DNA from: Selaginella moellendorffii
Lineage: Eukaryota; Plantae; Lycopodiophyta
DNA length: 64,000 nucleotides
Assembly (NCBI RefSeq): GCF_000143415.4
Contig: NW_003314270.1
Span: 2,163,048 to 2,227,047 of the forward strand
Reading direction: 5' to 3'
The notes under the pieces are model-generated. The model was given only the letters and a program-made list of their open reading frames with translations, searched no databases and was not told the origin of the DNA. The position numbers were made by a program, and so were the translations under genes. This document shows positions 63,901-64,000 of this stretch, one piece after another; within the stretch, counting starts at the first letter, position 1; every line of letters starts with the position of its first letter.

Positions 63901-63996
63901 TACTGCGGGTGGTCTTGTCACTGGCTGCGCCGGGACTGCTGAGACTGTTGTTGCTGGTTGCCGAGCAGCGATTGGTGTTTCTGTTGCTGCTGTCAT
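60916..63996 (-). CDS. At1g53645-like Pro-rich / GxGRG-repeat protein (family reported with plant mitoribosome small subunit); 5' end may lie outside the window
   Basis: C-terminal EEFGTNPDIDDKPLPTLEESL, APQLESLIETYTGP...KKNEEL and NNPDWSHGNKTK; GLGRG/PGRG/KGRG repeats; stop TAA at 60916-60918. Confidence 0.75.
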
Positions 63997-64000
63997 CAGT

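Overview
Land-plant nuclear DNA with compact genes and 45-80 nt GT-AG introns, most consistent with a lycophyte such as Selaginella (inference). The left arm (1-17.3 kb) holds a 5'-truncated VUP/SOFL-motif protein fused to an atypical HLH domain, an unknown protein, a GT14-like (DUF266) glycosyltransferase, a class II LBD factor, an unannotated minus-strand snoRNA locus, EXECUTER and a SMAX1-like gene. The centre (~24-53.5 kb) is a nested transposon island: a decayed LINE, a very young non-autonomous LTR element, and an old chromoviral Ty3/gypsy copy. The old copy hosts a solo LTR, a 5S-bearing Cassandra TRIM, an interstitial telomere tract and a younger full-length copy of the same chromovirus, which itself hosts a second non-autonomous element. 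The right arm holds asparagine synthetase, an EMB1270-like PPR gene and an At1g53645-like gene, tightly packed in tandem. Strongest observation: the chromovirus integrase is split by two small spliceosomal-type introns (46 and 52 nt) present in both diverged copies, so active integrase would need spliced RNA while the replicating genome must stay unspliced. Also notable are the VUP/SOFL-bHLH chimera, a two-pocket H/ACA guide next to a possible snR30/U17-like RNA, and cis-modules shared across the LTR families.
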